Positions 61,175-64,000 of a DNA stretch of 64,000 nucleotides are shown here, piece after piece. Position 1 is the first letter of the stretch, and every line of letters starts with the position of its first letter. The position numbers and the translations under genes were made by a program. The notes below the pieces were generated by a model that worked only from the letters and a program-made list of their open reading frames with translations, was not told where the DNA came from and made no database searches. Source of the stretch: an uncultured Capnocytophaga sp. GTDB lineage: Bacteria > Bacteroidota > Bacteroidia > Flavobacteriales > Flavobacteriaceae. The stretch spans positions 11,697 to 75,696 of the forward strand of contig CAUQUO010000006.1 of the NCBI GenBank assembly GCA_963521335.1, in the 5' to 3' direction.

Positions 61175-62806
61175 TTAATTGTCAATTGTCAATTGATAAT
61201 TGTTCCATACTTTACCACTCTTTATTGCTTCTTCTATCAATTCTTTAGCTTCCATTGGGTGGCTTACTACATTGGCTGTATAGAGGGCAAACATCGCATT
61301 GAGAATTACTACATCTGCTTTCGCTCCTCGTTCTTCCCCTCTAAGGATACGCTGTAATATTGTAGCGTTCTCTTTAGGGGTACCTCCTTGTATATCTGCA
61401 TGAAAAGCTCGTTTGAAACCAAACATCTCTGGTGCTATAGTATATTCTAGTATCTCTCCTTCTTTTACCTCTACTATCTTGGTGGTATCACAAATAGATA
61501 TTTCATCTAAGCCATCATTACCTCTCACTACTAAAGCGTGTTCCCTGCCTAAGAGTTGAAGTGTCTCTGCATAGAGGCGCATCACAGGCTTGTGATAGAG
61601 CCCTACCAACTGGTATTTGAGTTTGGTGTTAGGGTGCAATAGAGGTCCTAATACATTAAATACGGTGCGTATCCCCAAGCGTTGTCGCACTTCTTTCACT
61701 CCCCCTACAAGCTTGTGGAAGAAAGGTGCGTGAAAGAATGCTAAACCTTTCTTTTCTAAACTGTCTAACTGTTTCAGTAGCGATGCTTCTGCTTCTATAC
61801 CTAATTCTTGTAGCACATCTGTACTACCGCTCTGGCTGGTTATCGAGCGGTTGCCGTGTTTGGCTACTTTCACTCCCATAGCAGCTACTATAAAAGCTAC
61901 TGTTGTAGAAATATTAATAGTTTTCAGTCCATCACCGCCTGTGCCACAGAGGTCTATCATTGGTCTCTCATCGGCAAAAGTAGTACTGTAAGCCAAAATA
62001 TTCTTCACAAAAGCTGTAAGCGAAGCAGGATATAAGCTCTTCTCGCTGATGAGTACCAAGAGTGCCCCCAGCTGTACAATATCGTATTGCTTTTGGTTCA
62101 ATACTGTACATATCTCCTTAAAATCATCATCGTCAAGAGGTATGTTGTCTTGTAGTTTCTTCAAGTGTTTCTTGAATACTTCATTAGCATAGGTTTTTTG
62201 CTCTTCATTCTTGTCTTGAGTTGTTGCTGTAGCTTGTGTGCCTGTCAAAAAGTTCTTTACGATATTCTTGCCATACTCAGTGAAAAATGATTCTGGGTGA
62301 AATTGTATGCTGTGTATGGGTTTGGTGCGGTGTTGCAATGCCATTATCACTCCATCGTCTGAAAGTGCAGTAACTTTTAACTCCTCTGGTAAATTTTCTC
62401 TATCAACATACAGCGAGTGGTAGCGCATCACCTTAAACTGCTGAGGCAACCCCTTAAAAAGAGTCGCTTCTTTGTCTACCACTGTCATCTCAGAGGTCTT
62501 GCCATGTAAAGGCGTTTCAAGGCGTTTGATGGTTGCTTTGTGAACAAGCCCAAATGCTTGATGCCCCAAGCAAATTCCTAAAATAGGAATATCGCTAATC
62601 TCCTTGAGTATTTCAAGACAGATTCCACTGTCTTTAGGATGTTTAGGACCTGGCGAAAGCACAATGCGTGAAGGTCTCAATCGCTTAATTTCATCAAGGC
62701 TTATCTGGTCGTTGCGCACCGTCTTCACCTCCTCTGTAGTAAGTTCTTTGAGGTACTGTGCCACGTTAAATACAAATGAATCGTAATTATCTATCAGTAA
62801 AATCAT
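61175..62806 (-). CDS. trpD: Bifunctional anthranilate synthase component II / anthranilate phosphoribosyltransferase (TrpG-TrpD fusion)
   Basis: IDNYDSF, SPGP, GICLGHQ and QFHPES (TrpG), then CGTGGDG, KHGNRS and GLDEIS (TrpD). Confidence 0.95.
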   Translation of the reverse strand: MILLIDNYDSFVFNVAQYLKELTTEEVKTVRNDQISLDEIKRLRPSRIVLSPGPKHPKDSGICLEILKEISDIPILGICLGHQAFGLVHKATIKRLETPLHGKTSEMTVVDKEATLFKGLPQQFKVMRYHSLYVDRENLPEELKVTALSDDGVIMALQHRTKPIHSIQFHPESFFTEYGKNIVKNFLTGTQATATTQDKNEEQKTYANEVFKKHLKKLQDNIPLDDDDFKEICTVLNQKQYDIVQLGALLVLISEKSLYPASLTAFVKNILAYSTTFADERPMIDLCGTGGDGLKTINISTTVAFIVAAMGVKVAKHGNRSITSQSGSTDVLQELGIEAEASLLKQLDSLEKKGLAFFHAPFFHKLVGGVKEVRQRLGIRTVFNVLGPLLHPNTKLKYQLVGLYHKPVMRLYAETLQLLGREHALVVRGNDGLDEISICDTTKIVEVKEGEILEYTIAPEMFGFKRAFHADIQGGTPKENATILQRILRGEERGAKADVVILNAMFALYTANVVSHPMEAKELIEEAIKSGKVWNNYQLTIDN

Positions 62807-64000
62807 ACTTCTTGGCAATTGTTAATAAATACATTCACTACCGAGGCTCTCTTATGCTGTATCTCAGCATACTCTTTCTCCTCTGTAGAGTCATACACTA
62901 CTCCCGCTCCCGCTTGTATAAACACTCGAGTGCCCTCTCTATCTTCATCGGCACAAGTGGCAAAAAAAGCACTACGTATCACTATCGCCAGCTGTACATT
63001 GCCATTGAAATGCAAGAAACCTATTCCTCCTCCATATACTCTTCGCGCATAGCTTTCTAACTCATTGATGATTTCCATTGCCCGTATTTTAGGCGCTCCA
63101 CTCAAAGTCCCTGCTGGAAATACCGAACTGATAACCTCAAAAAACGACACATCTTTGCGCATCTCTCCATACACATCCGATACCAAATGCATCACGTGCT
63201 GAAATTGCTTGATATGCATCATATTCTTCACTACTACCGAACCGCTTTCTGCAAACTTGCCTATATCATTGCGCGCCAAGTCTACAAGCATCCGGTGCTC
63301 TGCACATTCTTTAGGGTCTGCCAATAGATCTGTTGCCAAAAGGGCATCCTCATTGGCATCTTTCCCTCGTGGCCGTGTGCCTGCTATAGGGGCTATATAA
63401 ATACTATCTTGCTTTATCTCTACCAATATCTCCGGACTCGACCCTACTACATCTCCATAAGGCGTAGGAAAATGAAACATATAGGGTGATGGATTGGCCT
63501 TACTCAATAGCTCATAAAAATCTAAAGAGTCCATTGTGGTCTGCATACATAGTTGCTCACTCAGCACTACCTGAAATACATCTCCAGCCTTAATATATTC
63601 CTTTGCCTTAGATACTACTTCATAAAAATGAGTCCGCTCTTTTTCCAAGTCTGTGAGAATACGATAAGTCCTTGCCGAAAGCAATGGGGCTTTTTCTCTC
63701 GCTCCTCCTACTAAAAAATGAAAATATTGAGCCTCATCTCCATAAAAAGAATAGACTTTATTTACCTTAGAGTAGTGCAAATAGGCTTTAGCATTTGCAA
63801 ATACAAAAGCCGGAAAGTCATACTGTGCCTTCTCTTGGGCTGGTATATTCTCAAAAAAGTGAATACTCTCATAGGCAAGCACCCCAAAGAGTCCAGCAAA
63901 TGGCGCCAAAGCATCTTGTTGCTGATAATAATGCTCCAATGTAATGTAATTATATTGGGTTGCATCTATATATTCACAGTCTATACCTATGATTATCTGC
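62803..64000 (-). CDS. trpE: Anthranilate synthase component I (5' end outside the window)
   Basis: GDVFQVVLS, SSPE, PIAGTRPRG, EHRMLVDLARND and FPAGTLSGAPKIRAM motifs. The frame stays open to the window edge. Confidence 0.95.
   Translation of the reverse strand, partial: QIIIGIDCEYIDATQYNYITLEHYYQQQDALAPFAGLFGVLAYESIHFFENIPAQEKAQYDFPAFVFANAKAYLHYSKVNKVYSFYGDEAQYFHFLVGGAREKAPLLSARTYRILTDLEKERTHFYEVVSKAKEYIKAGDVFQVVLSEQLCMQTTMDSLDFYELLSKANPSPYMFHFPTPYGDVVGSSPEILVEIKQDSIYIAPIAGTRPRGKDANEDALLATDLLADPKECAEHRMLVDLARNDIGKFAESGSVVVKNMMHIKQFQHVMHLVSDVYGEMRKDVSFFEVISSVFPAGTLSGAPKIRAMEIINELESYARRVYGGGIGFLHFNGNVQLAIVIRSAFFATCADEDREGTRVFIQAGAGVVYDSTEEKEYAEIQHKRASVVNVFINNCQEV

Overview
AT-rich Bacteroidota (Flavobacteriaceae, Capnocytophaga-like) chromosomal segment. 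The taxonomy is inferred from TAnnTTTG promoters, SusC/SusD genes and protein families, not from a search. Housekeeping genes are sucC (partial), cysS, groES/groEL, secG, lptE, ruvA, pbpC, uvrC, tyrS, ribE, gpsA, pcm, tpx and parC. Accessory content: (1) a low-GC Hachiman antiphage pair (HamA/HamB) tightly coupled to a third AlbA_2/Schlafen-ATPase-HTH gene directly behind parC; (2) a stand-alone Hen1-type RNA 3'-end 2'-O-methyltransferase with no Pnkp/Rnl neighbours; (3) a beta-1,6-glucan-type PUL (SusR-like, SusC, SusD, GH30, SGNH, GH3); (4) a Campylobacter-like trp pathway split into trpE-GD-C (minus) and trpFBA (plus) about 28 kb apart; (5) a GT3 glycogen synthase-GT35 phosphorylase fusion; (6) a Crp/Fnr pseudogene inside a cassette bounded by a duplicated 39-bp promoter. 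Several dispersed intergenic repeat families are visible. No rRNA, tRNA, CRISPR array, integrase or transposase was recognised. All family assignments come from motif recognition by eye.
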